DNA from: Octopus sinensis
Lineage: Eukaryota
Length of the DNA stretch: 64,000 bases
NCBI RefSeq assembly: GCF_006345805.1
Contig: NC_043007.1
Coordinates: 9,858,001-9,922,000 of the forward strand
Reading direction: 5' to 3'
The notes beneath the pieces are model-generated. The model saw only the letters and a list, made by a program, of their open reading frames with translations. It made no database searches and was not told where the DNA came from. Of the stretch, positions 37,421 to 51,410 are shown one piece after another. The position numbers were made by a program, and so were the translations under genes. The first letter of the stretch is position 1, and every line of letters begins with the position of its first letter.

Positions 37421-37881
37421 ATAGAAACACAGAATGATCCATCCAGGTTAGGCGACTTACCCAGATGGGCAACATAACTCTTCCACGCCAGACGTCCCAA
37501 TCGAATGATGAAGTACAAATGACTGGTCTGGGTTTTAGTCGCACTGGCCTTTCGTTAGCTGAAATATCTCATCTACAACGCCACGACTATGGATGATAGC
37601 AGTAGTTTGTTAACTGAACTGGTTGTCCGTGACCATTGACAGTCATTTGGTCTGTTCATCCGCTCAGCATCACATGATATTCACCATTGACTCAATAAGT
37701 TTTTCTACTGAAATAGTTCGCATCCACCATGCAACATCGCATGATATCGACGTCCTTTGGTTTCGGTTGGTTAATGATCAATATTCAATGTAAAGGAGAT
37801 TACATGATAATCTAACAGACACGTAAAATTCACATGAATAATACTGTTAATATAAATATTGCTAATATAGTATAATATTAA

Positions 37882-37920
<39 letters not shown>

Positions 37921-37923
<3 letters not shown>

Positions 37924-38183
37924 CTTGTTTCAGTCATTTGACTGCGGCCATGCTGGAGCACCGCCTTTAATCGAGCAACTCGACCCCGGGACTTATTCTT
38001 TGTAAGCCCAGTACTTATTCTATCGGTCTCCTTTGCCGAACCGCTAAGTGACGGGGACATTAACACACCAGCATCGGTTGTCAAGCAATGCTAAGGGGAC
38101 AAACACACACACACAAACACACACACATACACATACATACATATATATATATATACATATATACGACGGGCTTCTTTCAGTTT
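37921..38183 (-). mobile_element. SINE-B, truncated at (TA)n
   Basis: Tail and linker present; breaks at ttcagttt|tatata. Confidence 0.85.
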
Positions 38184-38214
38184 ATATATATATATATATA
38201 TAATATATATATGT

Positions 38215-39900
<1,686 letters not shown>

Positions 39901-40444
39901 CGAGGTCGACTTTGTCTTTCATCCTTTCGAGAGCCGATAAAATAGGTACCAGCTGAGCACTGGGGCCGATGTAATCGACTTATCTCCACCCAACGTTGCT
40001 GGCCGTGTGCTAAAATATGAAACTTTGTACTCATGAGTTTCGTGTAGCGTCGTTCAATCGTTAGCGGGGAAATATAAGTAAACAATATAGCAGTTGTCAT
40101 CATATATTGATTTTGGGTTGATCCATATGATACTTATATTACCATATATAAGGCGGTGAGCTGGCAGAATTGCTAGCGTACCGGACGAAATGCTGTGAAA
40201 GCATTTCGTCCGTTTTTACGTTCTGATTTCAAATGCCACCGAGGTCGACTTTGCCTTCTATCTTTTTGGGATCGATAAAATAAGTTTCAATTGATGTAAT
40301 CGATCCCCACTCTCCCCCAAAATTGCTGGCTTTGTGCCAAAATATGAGACTAATATTACCATATATAATGTATGTGTATGTCAGTGTATATTTGTTTTCC
40401 ACCTGCCTTCGTCTTTTGTTTATTTTCATAAAGCTTCCCGTTAT

Positions 40445-40720
40445 ATACATACCTGTGTGCGTGTGTGTATATGTGTATATATGTGTGTATGTATATGTGT
40501 GTGTATGTATGTGTGTGTTTGTATGTATGTACGTATGTGCATGTACGTACATGTATACATACATACGAATATATACATACATACACACGCGCGTTGTATG
40601 TATGTATATGTGTGTGTATGTGTGTTTGTATGTATGTATGTATATGTGTGTTGAATGTGCGCGTGTGTGTGTTTATATGTATGTACGTATGTGTGTACGT
40701 ACATATATACATACATACAC

Positions 40721-40756
<36 letters not shown>

Positions 40757-40795
40757 ACACACACACACATACAACTGCGCGCGCACACAGACATA
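40445..40795. repeat. (TG/TATG/CA)n compound microsatellite
   Basis: Visible arrays. Confidence 0.9.
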
Positions 40796-40945
40796 AATAA
40801 TGTATTCATAACAAGAGAGAAGAGAAAAACGTAAAGGCATGAATGAAATGAGAATTAGTAGAATGATAGGGACCAAGAGAAAGAAAGAAGAGGAGAGGAT
40901 AGAAAAAAAAGGGAGCTAGTGTGAATGTATGTAAAGTGTGAGAAA

Positions 40946-40987
<42 letters not shown>

Positions 40988-41154
40988 TCAGTGGGGCCTT
41001 AGAAAGGAGACAGTGTGTGTAGGATAGGGATAGGAAGAGGCTGGAGATGTGAACTGTTTCAGAATGCCACACAAGATTTAGGTCTAATTATAGCTATTTG
41101 GCGGGTCTTTTTTGCTGTTGCTGCTGATGTGGTTGCTATGGAAACAGGCGGGGG

Positions 41155-41600
41155 GGGGATCATCATCACCGTCATCATCATAATTATCATCATCGTTATC
41201 AACACCACCACCACCATCACCACCACCACCACCACCATCACCCCATCACCACCACCACCATCACCCCATCACTATCCTTCTCCTCATCGTCATCATAAGC
41301 GTTATCGTCGTCCAGATTAACATCATCATCATCATCATCATCATCACCTATGTACCACCATTTTCATCATTTTCGCATCATCGTTCTCATCATTATCATT
41401 ATTTTTATCACAGTTGTCATTGACATCGTTGTAACACCTCTTTTGCTACTTCGCCTCTCTCTCTCTCCCTCTCTCCCTCCCTCTCTCTCTTCCCATCCAT
41501 CTCCTACTCCTCCTCATCTCATCATTATAATCATCATAATCATTGTCGTTATCGTCATGGTTGTTATCATCCTAATCATCATCATCATCAGTATTTTTTT
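41155..41600. repeat. (CAT/CAC)n and (CT)n low-complexity tract
   Basis: Visible arrays. Confidence 0.88.
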
Positions 41601-41904
41601 TCCATTCATATCTCACTTCCCCCAGTGTCTACTGCTGCAGACTAAAACTTAGCCTCGCTTTGAATATCATCTGCCTACAATCTCCTATGACTTACCTAAT
41701 ATTTGCTTTCCACCTCCACCAGCTGGATATTTTCCCCCTTTCTTTCGTAATGTCCATATGGCGTCTATCTGGACAGAAGTCATGTGTGAGCGATTTACAA
41801 GATACACGTAGATGTTTCATGGCGAGAAACCGTTTGTTCGATTCTCGTTCGAAGATGTTTTGCTTAGTGTAATAATGTTCCTTTTTTTTTTCTTTTTTTT
41901 TCAG

Positions 41905-42051
41905 AGGAAAAAAAAAAAAAATTTTGGAACTCCCGTTTACACCACGTCAGACACTGAAGGTAATAAAGTTGGCCATCCATTGATGGATACATCTGATCAG
42001 TGGCGGTTCGTTGATGAAATTAATGAGGGAGCTGCTTCAGAAAATGTCTAG
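41905..42051 (+). CDS. Possible terminal coding exon of an unidentified host gene
   Basis: Long T-tract plus CAG acceptor at 41881-41904; non-repetitive frame RKKKKNFGTPVYTTSDTEGNKVGHPLMDTSDQWRFVDEINEGAASENV*; no homology recognised. Confidence 0.25.
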   Translation, partial: RKKKKNFGTPVYTTSDTEGNKVGHPLMDTSDQWRFVDEINEGAASENV

Positions 42052-42865
42052 CCATTGTTTTAATATTGTGTAAAAGGAAGCAAACATATGAAAAACATAT
42101 GAAAACATATGATCGGTTTGCATTTTAGCCACTACCGGGTAGGTAGTGTGTTTAATTTGTTCACTGAACACCGCCGCGAATTCCCCCTTGTTTTTCAAAA
42201 ATCCCCCAATCATAGAATAAGAAGGGTGGGAATTTGCTCTATGTTTCAAATCCTGGCAGCAACACTAAAGCTGGAAGAAGAATTATCTAATTCTACACTT
42301 TATCACATTCAAGAATATAAACACGCTTTTAAGCACAACACATGCGGAGTCAAAAAGAAACACTACCTTTCACCGGCACCGCATGAACGACAGTACTGTC
42401 TCTCCCTAGCGTGAAGTTTCCTATCTCGGACATGTGAACATGCGCGCAACAGCTAAACACCGCGTCGCTGGAACTGTGAAGCGCATAGGTCTAGACAAGG
42501 GTTTTTGTATTTTTTTTTTCATAAACTAGGGAATGGCTACTGACATTGAGCTTTAGGATTATATAAAGTAGAAGTATATAGAAAGAATTAAAGAAAAAGG
42601 GACTTATTATATCGAATGTTATCGATTATATCAAGTGGAAATAGGGGTGCTGCAGTTCCGCAGAACCTATATACGAACCGTCACTACATTTGATCATGTG
42701 CAGGATGAGAGCACTAAGCAGTGATGAATAGAAATACAAACTTGTCACTAATTCAAAGATGCTTGAGGCTTATTTGAATCTGTAAGAACACTGTTCACTC
42801 TGTTTTGTTATGGAGAAAATTTCTCCCTGTAGACAAATAGGTGTAATTGCTCAATAATTCTATCA

Positions 42866-44568
42866 TTATAAATGAAACATAAAAGCCATCAATTGTGCTA
42901 ACCCACTAACATCTGTTGATTCGTCTAACTGCAATGCAAACATCATGTTATTATCTTGAAAAATATTCTTCATTTGCAGCTTAATGTCATCAGGCATATC
43001 TTGAATTCGTCTTCCAGTTGTGTTATCTGCCAGAGGAATTTTATTAACTTCTATCTCAAATTCGAAACCACACATTGTTCGAAAGATTCCTTTAGCACAA
43101 GATTCCTTTAGGACAATACTATGTCGTTCCTTGTTTTTGGCAATTATTGGAGCAACCAAGTAACTTGACTCTTGAACTTTGTCTGATGTCTCCATTCTTT
43201 TTGTAAACGCTGAAGCCTGCTTTTTTTTAGAGATTTTCAAAGTTCAATGAAGTATTCATTGAACTGGATTCATTGAACTGGCTTTGTTGACAAATTTCCG
43301 TGCCTAGTGCTGAATTGACGCTTTGTTTGGCACCATACTTTCGTTTGCAAGTACATTCCCACAAACTAAACACAGGGGACTAGGGTTGTTTTCAATTCCA
43401 GAAAATGTGAAGCCCAGTTTTATATAATCATCTCTCTCTATTTAAACGACAGTTTGTCTGTGTGCGTGTCTGTGTGTCTGTTAGGTTGTACCCTCACCCT
43501 GACCACGGCTTTCAACCGATTCTGATGAAACTTGACACACACATAGCCCAATGTCATAATTCAAAACTAACGCAGCGAAAATTTTGAAAAGTTCCCCCAG
43601 TTCTGAAAAAGATCGATAAATTCGACATGGGGTCGACATTCAGAAACACAAACCACAGATGGTCTAGGGGACGCAACTCCACCTTTTTAACTATCAAAAA
43701 AAAATTACCATCATTTTTTCCCCATTTTTTTGCTATTTTTTTGCTATAACTCTCTAAAAATGCTTTATAGTTATTTCCCTTACAAACCCGAGCAACGCCG
43801 GGCGATACTGCTAGTTTTTGTATAAATGAGGCTTAAAATTTTTTCTGTGCCCTTTTCACTCACTGATGCACTTCGTTCAACAGCTGTTTGAGCGGTTTCC
43901 TTCATCTTCTGCAACTTTTCTTTTCTTAGTTAAAAACATCCATTTTATGGGTAATTTAATTACAATTTATGAATAAAGCTAAGCTGATCTATAATAAAGT
44001 AAATATGCAATTAATATCACCAGCAGTAAGCACGATAAAATTAGAAATGGCACGTTGCACTTAATTAGAACACCCGGTTCCTAAGACTAAGCCCGCGAGA
44101 CTGATGAACAAGGGGCAAGTGTGAAATGAGTTTAATGTGATTTCATAGTTATAGTTCACCATCAGTAATGCGTAATACCTGTATAGGTGTACAATAACTT
44201 TAGGCAATTTGAAAGCAGGTCCAGTGTATTTGAAATTTTTTAATTGATTTTCACTTTACTTCGGACAAGGAAATAGCGCTTGCGATATATTAATTCTTTT
44301 ACACTGAATAAAATATAATGAAAATAAGCATCATATAATGAAGATTACTCGTGCCTTTTTCTCTCTTTTTTTTTTATTTTAAATCTCGCCTCCAAAGATT
44401 AAGTGGGAAACGATAACCGGTAGTTACATGCATTGACATGTTCGCTATAGTAACAAACAGATTCTGAAAAGCTTAAACAAATTAGAATTGGGTATTTTAT
44501 ATATTGGTTTCCTGTGCGTTTGCAACACACTTACGCTCTGCTGGCGACACACAATTTTGAAAACACTG
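42866..44568 (-). mobile_element. hAT (Buster/Charlie-type) transposon 5' half with pseudogenised transposase
   Basis: TIR-like CAGTGTTTTCAAAATTGTGTGTCGC next to an NTCTAGAN site (ctctagag 44569-44576); BED finger DYIKLGFT..PLCLVCG..LANESMVP; KIPLADNT..FALQLDESTDVSG. Confidence 0.9.
43431..43814 (+). mobile_element. Non-autonomous Helitron inserted at A|T inside the hAT transposase
   Basis: 5' TC, 3' hairpin cccgagcaacgccggg then CTAG; removal restores HLYKNDYIKLG on the minus strand; second copy at 50043-50492. Confidence 0.9.
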
Positions 44569-44700
44569 CTCTAGAGTAACATTACTCGACAAGATGCATT
44601 GCTCGGAGATCAGGGATCTCTCCAGGTCGAGCTGCTTTTTCTCCGCATAGAGAACTCATGGCTCCGACAAGATGGACATGTGGTTAGAATGTCGCAGGAA

Positions 44701-44747
44701 AGGGTTAGGGTTAGGGTTAGGGTTAGGGTTTGGGTTAGGGTTAAGGA

Positions 44748-44787
<40 letters not shown>

Positions 44788-44800
44788 GGTTTTGGGTTAG
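44701..44800 (+). repeat. Interstitial (TTAGGG)n tract, about 16 units with variants
   Basis: Visible gggtta repeats. Confidence 0.93.
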
Positions 44801-45569
44801 ATTCTTCAAGCCAAGACAATCGGCAGAAGACTTAGGGGGCAGACCGAGAATGACTTGGTTGAATAATATTCATAGTCTCAGTTGGTCACGCTTGGGAATC
44901 CAGCTGCAAAGTGTAATGACGGTTGTTTCTGAGAGGGCTCTATGGAAGAGGTGCTTGAGGATTCTATCCTCCACGACCCTTTCAGTGATAGAGGGCGGAG
45001 AAAATGGATAAATGAATGAACGGACGGGTGAACTGCTGGAAAGCACCAATCCAAGGCGGTGGATTGATGGAACTCTTCGGAGATCCTTGAGGGATTTTGC
45101 GTTCTGGATATAACGCATGCAACATTAGTGCCAAACTATATGGCATAGTGAAGAGAGACTTGCATGGAAGGGTGACTGTTAGTCTTTATCAAAATAGAAA
45201 GAAATCTTGCACAGATTGTGCTCGTTGCAGAACTTTCAAGGTGCAGAAACCAGGAAACAGATTCTGGATCAATGTTTCTCAAGCTCACAGAATCGTTAAA
45301 ACGTTGGACAAAATGCTTAATGGCATTCCTTCCGGATCTTTACACCGACCTCTCATCGAGGTGAAATTTACCTTTCATCGTTTAGGGGACGATGAAATAA
45401 AGTTCTAGTAAAATATAGGGGTTGATATAATCGACCTGCCCCCTCCCCCCTCAAAACTGAGGGCCGTGAATCTTGCAGCGGACCGATGTCCCGTTCAGGA
45501 GGAATGATGTGATTTCGATCACTAATATGCCATGGAAACCGAATAATCGGCCCCATGAGACCCAGAGCT

Positions 45570-45880
45570 CGAGGTTAATAACGAGAGAAATAGAGAAAAT
45601 AGCAAAGTACTAGGACCTAAACATCGAGTTACAGGGGTTATGGAAAGTGCGGGTAGATTGTATCCCTGTAGTTATAGATGCATTAGTAACAAATTCTAAA
45701 GATTTGAATAGATGGGTAGAGGAAATAGACGTAAAATCTAGTTTAGAGCAGCTCCAGAAAACAGTATTATTAGGGACAGCTGGAATTCTTTGGAAGGTTC
45801 TTGGCATCTAAGTTTACTTGTAGGCCGACGTTAGGAATTTTTTCTAACAGTTTTAATATGTTACGCCTAAATCAAACAAC
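45570..45880 (+). mobile_element. Old Dong/R4-type 3' end
   Basis: EKIAKY*DLNIELQGLWKV..IPVVIDAL..LQKTVLLGTAGILWKVLGI*. Confidence 0.8.
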
Positions 45881-45894
45881 GACAACAACAATAA

Positions 45895-46770
45895 TAATCC
45901 TTTCTTCTGTAGGCAGAAGGCCTGAAATTTAGAGGGAAAGATTGAGTCGATTATATCGACCCCAGTACTCAACTGATACTTAATTTATCGACCCCCGAAA
46001 GGATGATAGGCAAAGTCGACCTCGGCGGAATTTGAACTCAGAACGTAGCGGCAGACGAAATACCTATTTCTTTATTACCCACAAGGGGCTAAACACAGAG
46101 GGGACAAACAAGGACAGACAAACGGATTAAGTCGATTACATCGACCCCAGTGCGTAACTGGTACTTAATTTATCGACCCCGAAAGGATGATAGGCAAAGT
46201 CGACCTCGGCGGAATTTGAACTCAGAACGTAGCGGCAGACGAAATACCGCTAAGCATTTCGCCCGGCGTGTTAACGTTTCTGCCAGCTTGCCGCCTAAAT
46301 AATTATAATAATCCTTTCTACTACAGGTACAAGGCCTGGAATTTGTGGGGGGGGTGGTTAGTTGATCACATCGACCCCAGTACTCAACTGGTACTTAATT
46401 TATCAACCCCGAAAGGTTGATAGGCAAAGAGGACCTCGGCGGAATTTGCACTCAAAACATAGCGACGGGACGAAATACCGTTAAGCATTTCATCCAGCGA
46501 GCTAACGGCTTTGCCAGCGCGCTGCTTTAATAATAATAATAATAATAATAATAATGATTTTAAATTTTGCCACAAAGGCAGCAATTTGGGGGTGTATGAG
46601 TCGATTTTATCGCACCCAGTGTTCAACTGGTACTTATTTTATCGACTTCGAAAGAATGAAAGGCAATGTCGACCTCGGTGGAATTTGAACTCAGAACGTA
46701 GCGACGAGCGAAATACCGCAAAGCATTTCGTCCAGCGCGCTAACAATCCAGCCAGCTCGCTGCCTTAAAT
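45895..46770 (-). mobile_element. SINE-A cluster: A1-into-A2 concatemer (45895-46296) plus two further copies
   Basis: Junction gacgaaatacc|tatttctttattaccc at about 46064; three heads and four bodies visible. Confidence 0.85.
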
Positions 46771-46788
46771 AACAACAACAGCAACAGC

Positions 46789-46834
<46 letters not shown>

Positions 46835-46875
46835 GCAACAGCAACAGCAACAGCAACAACAACAACAACAACAAC

Positions 46876-47351
46876 ATGCCTTGATGCAGTATCAGACAGT
46901 GGCTCTCACGGCTTCTGATCTTAACTGATTGGAAGTGTTATCATGTACATTGTTTTGTCTTGGTATAAAAGATGAGCTACAGCAAATATTCTGCTCAATA
47001 CCACAGATTTGTTTGTCAGTTGTTTGACCTTAACCAGTTGAGTATGCCCTTTAGTTGCTGACGATATGTGCATCTCTGACCACGAGCAGAAGTAGTTGGG
47101 AAGCATCATAGCCGTGTGTGGAAAGGAATTCTTGGAGGTTTGGATAATTCACTTTTGGAAATATGAGTGGTTCGTTCAACATCCTTAAACAATTCTTATT
47201 CAGGGACCTTTTGAGCGGGATGGGCTACTCGACTAGAAGAAAATTCTAAATGGGCACCACCTGCGAAGTCATGCGCTATTTATCTTGATATAAGATCACT
47301 ATGTCGCTGCTCTCGGTCGTGCAGTGAAAGCATATGATAAAAATAAGACTA

Positions 47352-47355
<4 letters not shown>
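46876..47355. repeat. Element E copy, preceded by (AAC)n and joined to a Dong-a 3' terminus
   Basis: Homology to 28224-28698; the last 50 bp resemble 48285-48336. Confidence 0.65.
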
Positions 47356-47425
<70 letters not shown>

Positions 47426-47680
47426 CCTTCGCAAAATACTTTCTATGTAACTCTTTTTACTCTTTACTCTTTTACTTTTTTAACCTCAAGTTTTAAAACA
47501 AACATAACTTTGGTTTTTTTTTTTTTTTTAGGCATTCACTAGTACAACACTAAATACAAAACCAAATATATGGCACACTAGGCATAACAACAATACGAAC
47601 TTCCAACCTGTTGCCTCTTGAGGTCTCTGGGTGAGACTTGGAGCCAACTTGTACAAATGTAAAGCAAAAGTCAAACATAC

Positions 47681-47769
<89 letters not shown>

Positions 47770-48332
47770 GAGTTGAAACCTACATACATTGGAAGCTATG
47801 CCAACATTATGGAATAACAACAGAAAAAAGATGGTATAGGCACACACCAGAAAAGGTCACAGAAAACGAGAAAGCAACCATACTCTGAGATATGCCGATA
47901 CACACAGATAGAGAAATTAAGACCAACAGACCAAATATAGTTGTCAGAGATCATGAAGAAAAAAAATGCTTTCTAATTGATGTATCAATACCGGCTGATG
48001 ACAACGTGTCTCTAAAAGAAATGGAGAAACTCTCAAAATACAAAGACCTGGAAATAGAGGTAACTAGAATGTGGAATCTGAAAACAGAAACAATTCCTAT
48101 CATAGTAGGTGCATTAGGCATGATAAAAAAATATTCAGACAAATACATAACAAAAACACCAGGACTACATATAACATACAGAAAATTGCACTACTAGGCA
48201 CTGCACACATCCTACGCAGAACACTTTCCATACAATAACCATCAGAGCATCACAACAAATCACAGCACATACCCAAGGCACACAGAGCTGCGCTCGGTAG
48301 TGAAGTGAAAGCACGCTATAAAAATAAAACTA

Positions 48333-48336
<4 letters not shown>
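47770..48336 (+). mobile_element. Dong/R4-type 3' end (subfamily a) between (TAA)n tracts
   Basis: Highly similar to the reverse complement of 26051-26610; in-frame stop at W-D-M and RPD changed to RPN. Confidence 0.92.
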
Positions 48337-48383
<47 letters not shown>

Positions 48384-48929
48384 CGTGTCTATTAAATTCC
48401 ATCAGCGTATAATGAACATCGCTCAGTCATATGATTTGGAAAATTGGGATGAGATCGTTGGAAAGAGATTGCAAATTCAAAAAATAATGCTTTAAATATC
48501 GTCAGTCGTCTGGTACATGATCAAAACGTCACGTTTACACCACACGATGTACGATGTACTTGTCTTCGTGACGGAAATTCATCATTCGATGATGTATTAG
48601 AAATCGCGAAAATCTACTGTTCGTGCTAAAGAAGCCGAAAAACTACTTAGTGGTACAGTGACATCAACCAACGATATAAATGGTAATTCTGCAATTTCTT
48701 TGAATTATGTTAAAAATAATAAATCCAGAGCTACTGGAGGCTAAAAATTCAAAATAACCAATAATATAAAATTAAATAACGATAGAAAGGTTGTGTAAAA
48801 TATTATATTGATCACGAAAGAAAACTTATCAATACAAGGGTGAAAATGTAGTTCATGTAGGAAAATTAGACATTCAGAGAATGAATTGTAAGCATGGCAT
48901 GAAATCGAATAATAATAATAATAATAATA

Positions 48930-49960
48930 ATTCTTTCTAATTTTGACATAATCCTGAAATTTTGTGGTGAGGGTCTAGTCCAAAACATCGATCCCACTGC
49001 GAGGCTGGCACTTACTTTATCGACCCTTGAAAGGATGTAAGGCAAGTCAACCTCAGCTGCACTTTGAACTCAGAACGTAGAAGCGAAATATATGCCGCTA
49101 AGTATTTTGTTCGGTGCGGTTACGATTCTTATTTGTTTTACTGCCCACAAGGGGCTACACATAGAGGGGACAAACAAGGACAGACAAAGGGATTAAGTCG
49201 ATTACATCGACCCCAGTGCGTAACTGGTACTTATTTAATCGACCCCGAAAGGATGAAAGGCAAAGTCGACCTCGGCGGAATTTGAACTCATAACGTAACG
49301 GCAGACGAAATACTTATTTCTTTACCACCAACAAGGGGCTAAACACAGGGAGGACAAACAAGGACAGACAAACGGATTAAGTCGATTGTATCCACCCCCC
49401 AGTACGTAACTGGTACTTAATTTATCGACCCCGAAAGGATGAAAGGCAAAGTCGACCTCGGAGGAATTTGTACTCAGAGCGTAACGGCAGACGAAATACG
49501 GCTACGCATTTCGCCCGGCGTGTTAACGTTTCTGCCAGCTCGTCGCCTTTCGCCGCCTTAGTAACGATAACAATTATTTCTACAATAGGTACAAGGCCTG
49601 GGTTTTTGTGGGAACGGGTTAGTCGATTACATCGACCCAAATGTTTAACTGGTACTTATTTTATTGACCCCGAAAAGATGAAAGGTAAAGTCGATCTCGG
49701 AAGAATTTCAACTCAGAGCTTAATGAGGAAAAACTTATTTGCGGTTGTTTTTCCGACGCTCTAATGATTATGCCAATTCAACCTTCTTAATAACTGGTTG
49801 CAACATAGGCGCAATGCTAAAATTTAAGGGAAGGGAATTAATCAGTTGAATGTTTATTTTATCGACCCCGAAAATATGAAAGGCAAAGTTGATCTCAGCA
49901 TGAGTTGAACTCAGGTCGCTGAAAGCTGGAACAAATACCACGAGACATACTATCCAGCAC
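48930..49960 (-). mobile_element. SINE-A concatemer (A1, A1, older copy) and two degraded copies
   Basis: Junction gacgaaatac|ttatttctttac at about 49313. Confidence 0.8.
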
Positions 49961-50042
49961 CCTTATTACTTTGTCAATTCGCCAGCTAAAAATCTTCAAA
50001 CCCGTAATAAATATTACACAAATCGTGATAATTCTTTCAGTA

Positions 50043-50049
50043 ATATATA

Positions 50050-50096
<47 letters not shown>

Positions 50097-50492
50097 ATAT
50101 ATATTATATATATATATATATATATAAACGGCAGTTTGTCTGTGCGTTTTCTGTGTGTCTGTTTTCTCGTACCCTCACTCTGACCACGGCTTTCAACCGA
50201 TTCTGATGAAACTTGACACACACATAGCCCAATGTCATAATTCAAAACTAACGCAGCGAAAATTTTGAAAAGTTCCCCCAGTTCTGAAAAAAATCGATAA
50301 ATTTGACATGGGTCGAGAATCAGAAACCCAAACCACAGACCGTCTAGGGGACGCAACTCCACCTTTTTAACTAAAAAAAAAATTACCATCATTTTTTTTC
50401 CATTTTTTTGCTATTTTTTGGCTATAACTCTCTAAAAATGCTTTATAGTTATTTCCCTTACAAACCTGAGCAACGCCGGGCGATACTGCTAG
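50043..50492 (+). mobile_element. Non-autonomous Helitron, copy 2 (5' end lies within (TA)n)
   Basis: Body nearly identical to 43431-43814; ends gcaacgccgggcgatactgCTAG|T. Confidence 0.9.
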
Positions 50493-50562
50493 TATATATA
50501 TATATATATATGAATGAAAGGAATCAAATATTGAAGCTAATTTTGATATGTATTAAAGAGAG

Positions 50563-51410
50563 TACAGGGTTGCCAGATAGATTCGTTGTTTTTTTTCCTC
50601 CGCTTATTTTAATCTTTATTTTTCATCTACAAATTAGTCGATAATATACTCCTCTTCATTATTCATGACTTGTTGCCAAACCTTCCACAAGCTAATCAAT
50701 GCATTGACGGTAGAAATCACCGGGTCTTGACTCGAAGAATTCATTGAATCATGTTTTTAGCCTTAAATCGTTATTAAACGAAACGCCTTAAAACTTTTGG
50801 AGAGTGGTCGAAAAAGGTGATAATCTGAAGGTGCTATAGGTACGATAGAAATTCCCAACCGAATGCTCTCGAATAGCTTTTTTGGTCAAACTACTGACAT
50901 GGGGGACTCATAACGTCGATCGGATTGTTTCATCGATTTGAAGGCGACGGACGATAGCATCATGAGAGCATTCCATCCGTTGGACCAATTCCAAAGTAGA
51001 CTCGCGCGGATCTTCATTGAATTGAACAGATCAGCCGAAACGCGGAGAGTCTCTGTGGTCGAATTCCTCCTCCTTGAAGAGTGATAACCAATTCCGTTCA
51101 GTCCTTTCAATAATAATGTCTTTTCCATACACAGCACAAATGTTTCAAGCGGCTTTGGCAGATTTGAAACCTTGAGCGAAAAGAGACAAGCAAGCATTAA
51201 AAATGCTCGTTTTTTTTCTTCCTACTAGACACTCCATCGTCATGCGTCTGAAAAGATGTAAAATTTATTCATATTTCAAAACCGATAAACAAAAGTTGTT
51301 GTGGAATAATAGAGCTACAAAAAGCCATAATACATTACGATTAAACATTTTTCGTGTTAATTCAAAAAAACATTGAAAAGAAGCAAACGAATTCATCTCA
51401 CAACCCAATT
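50563..51410 (-). mobile_element. Internally deleted mariner relic
   Basis: KSAKAA*NICAVYGKD, DPRESTLEL, (W)VPH joined to GWEFL, APSDYHLFR; degenerate TIRs gggttg..agat..attcgtt at about 50567-50587 and 51386-51406. Confidence 0.85.

Noticed and set aside
42489-42510. gtctagac followed by aagggtttt as the missing second hAT end
   Set aside because: Does not match the 44569 target octamer, and TIR similarity is too weak
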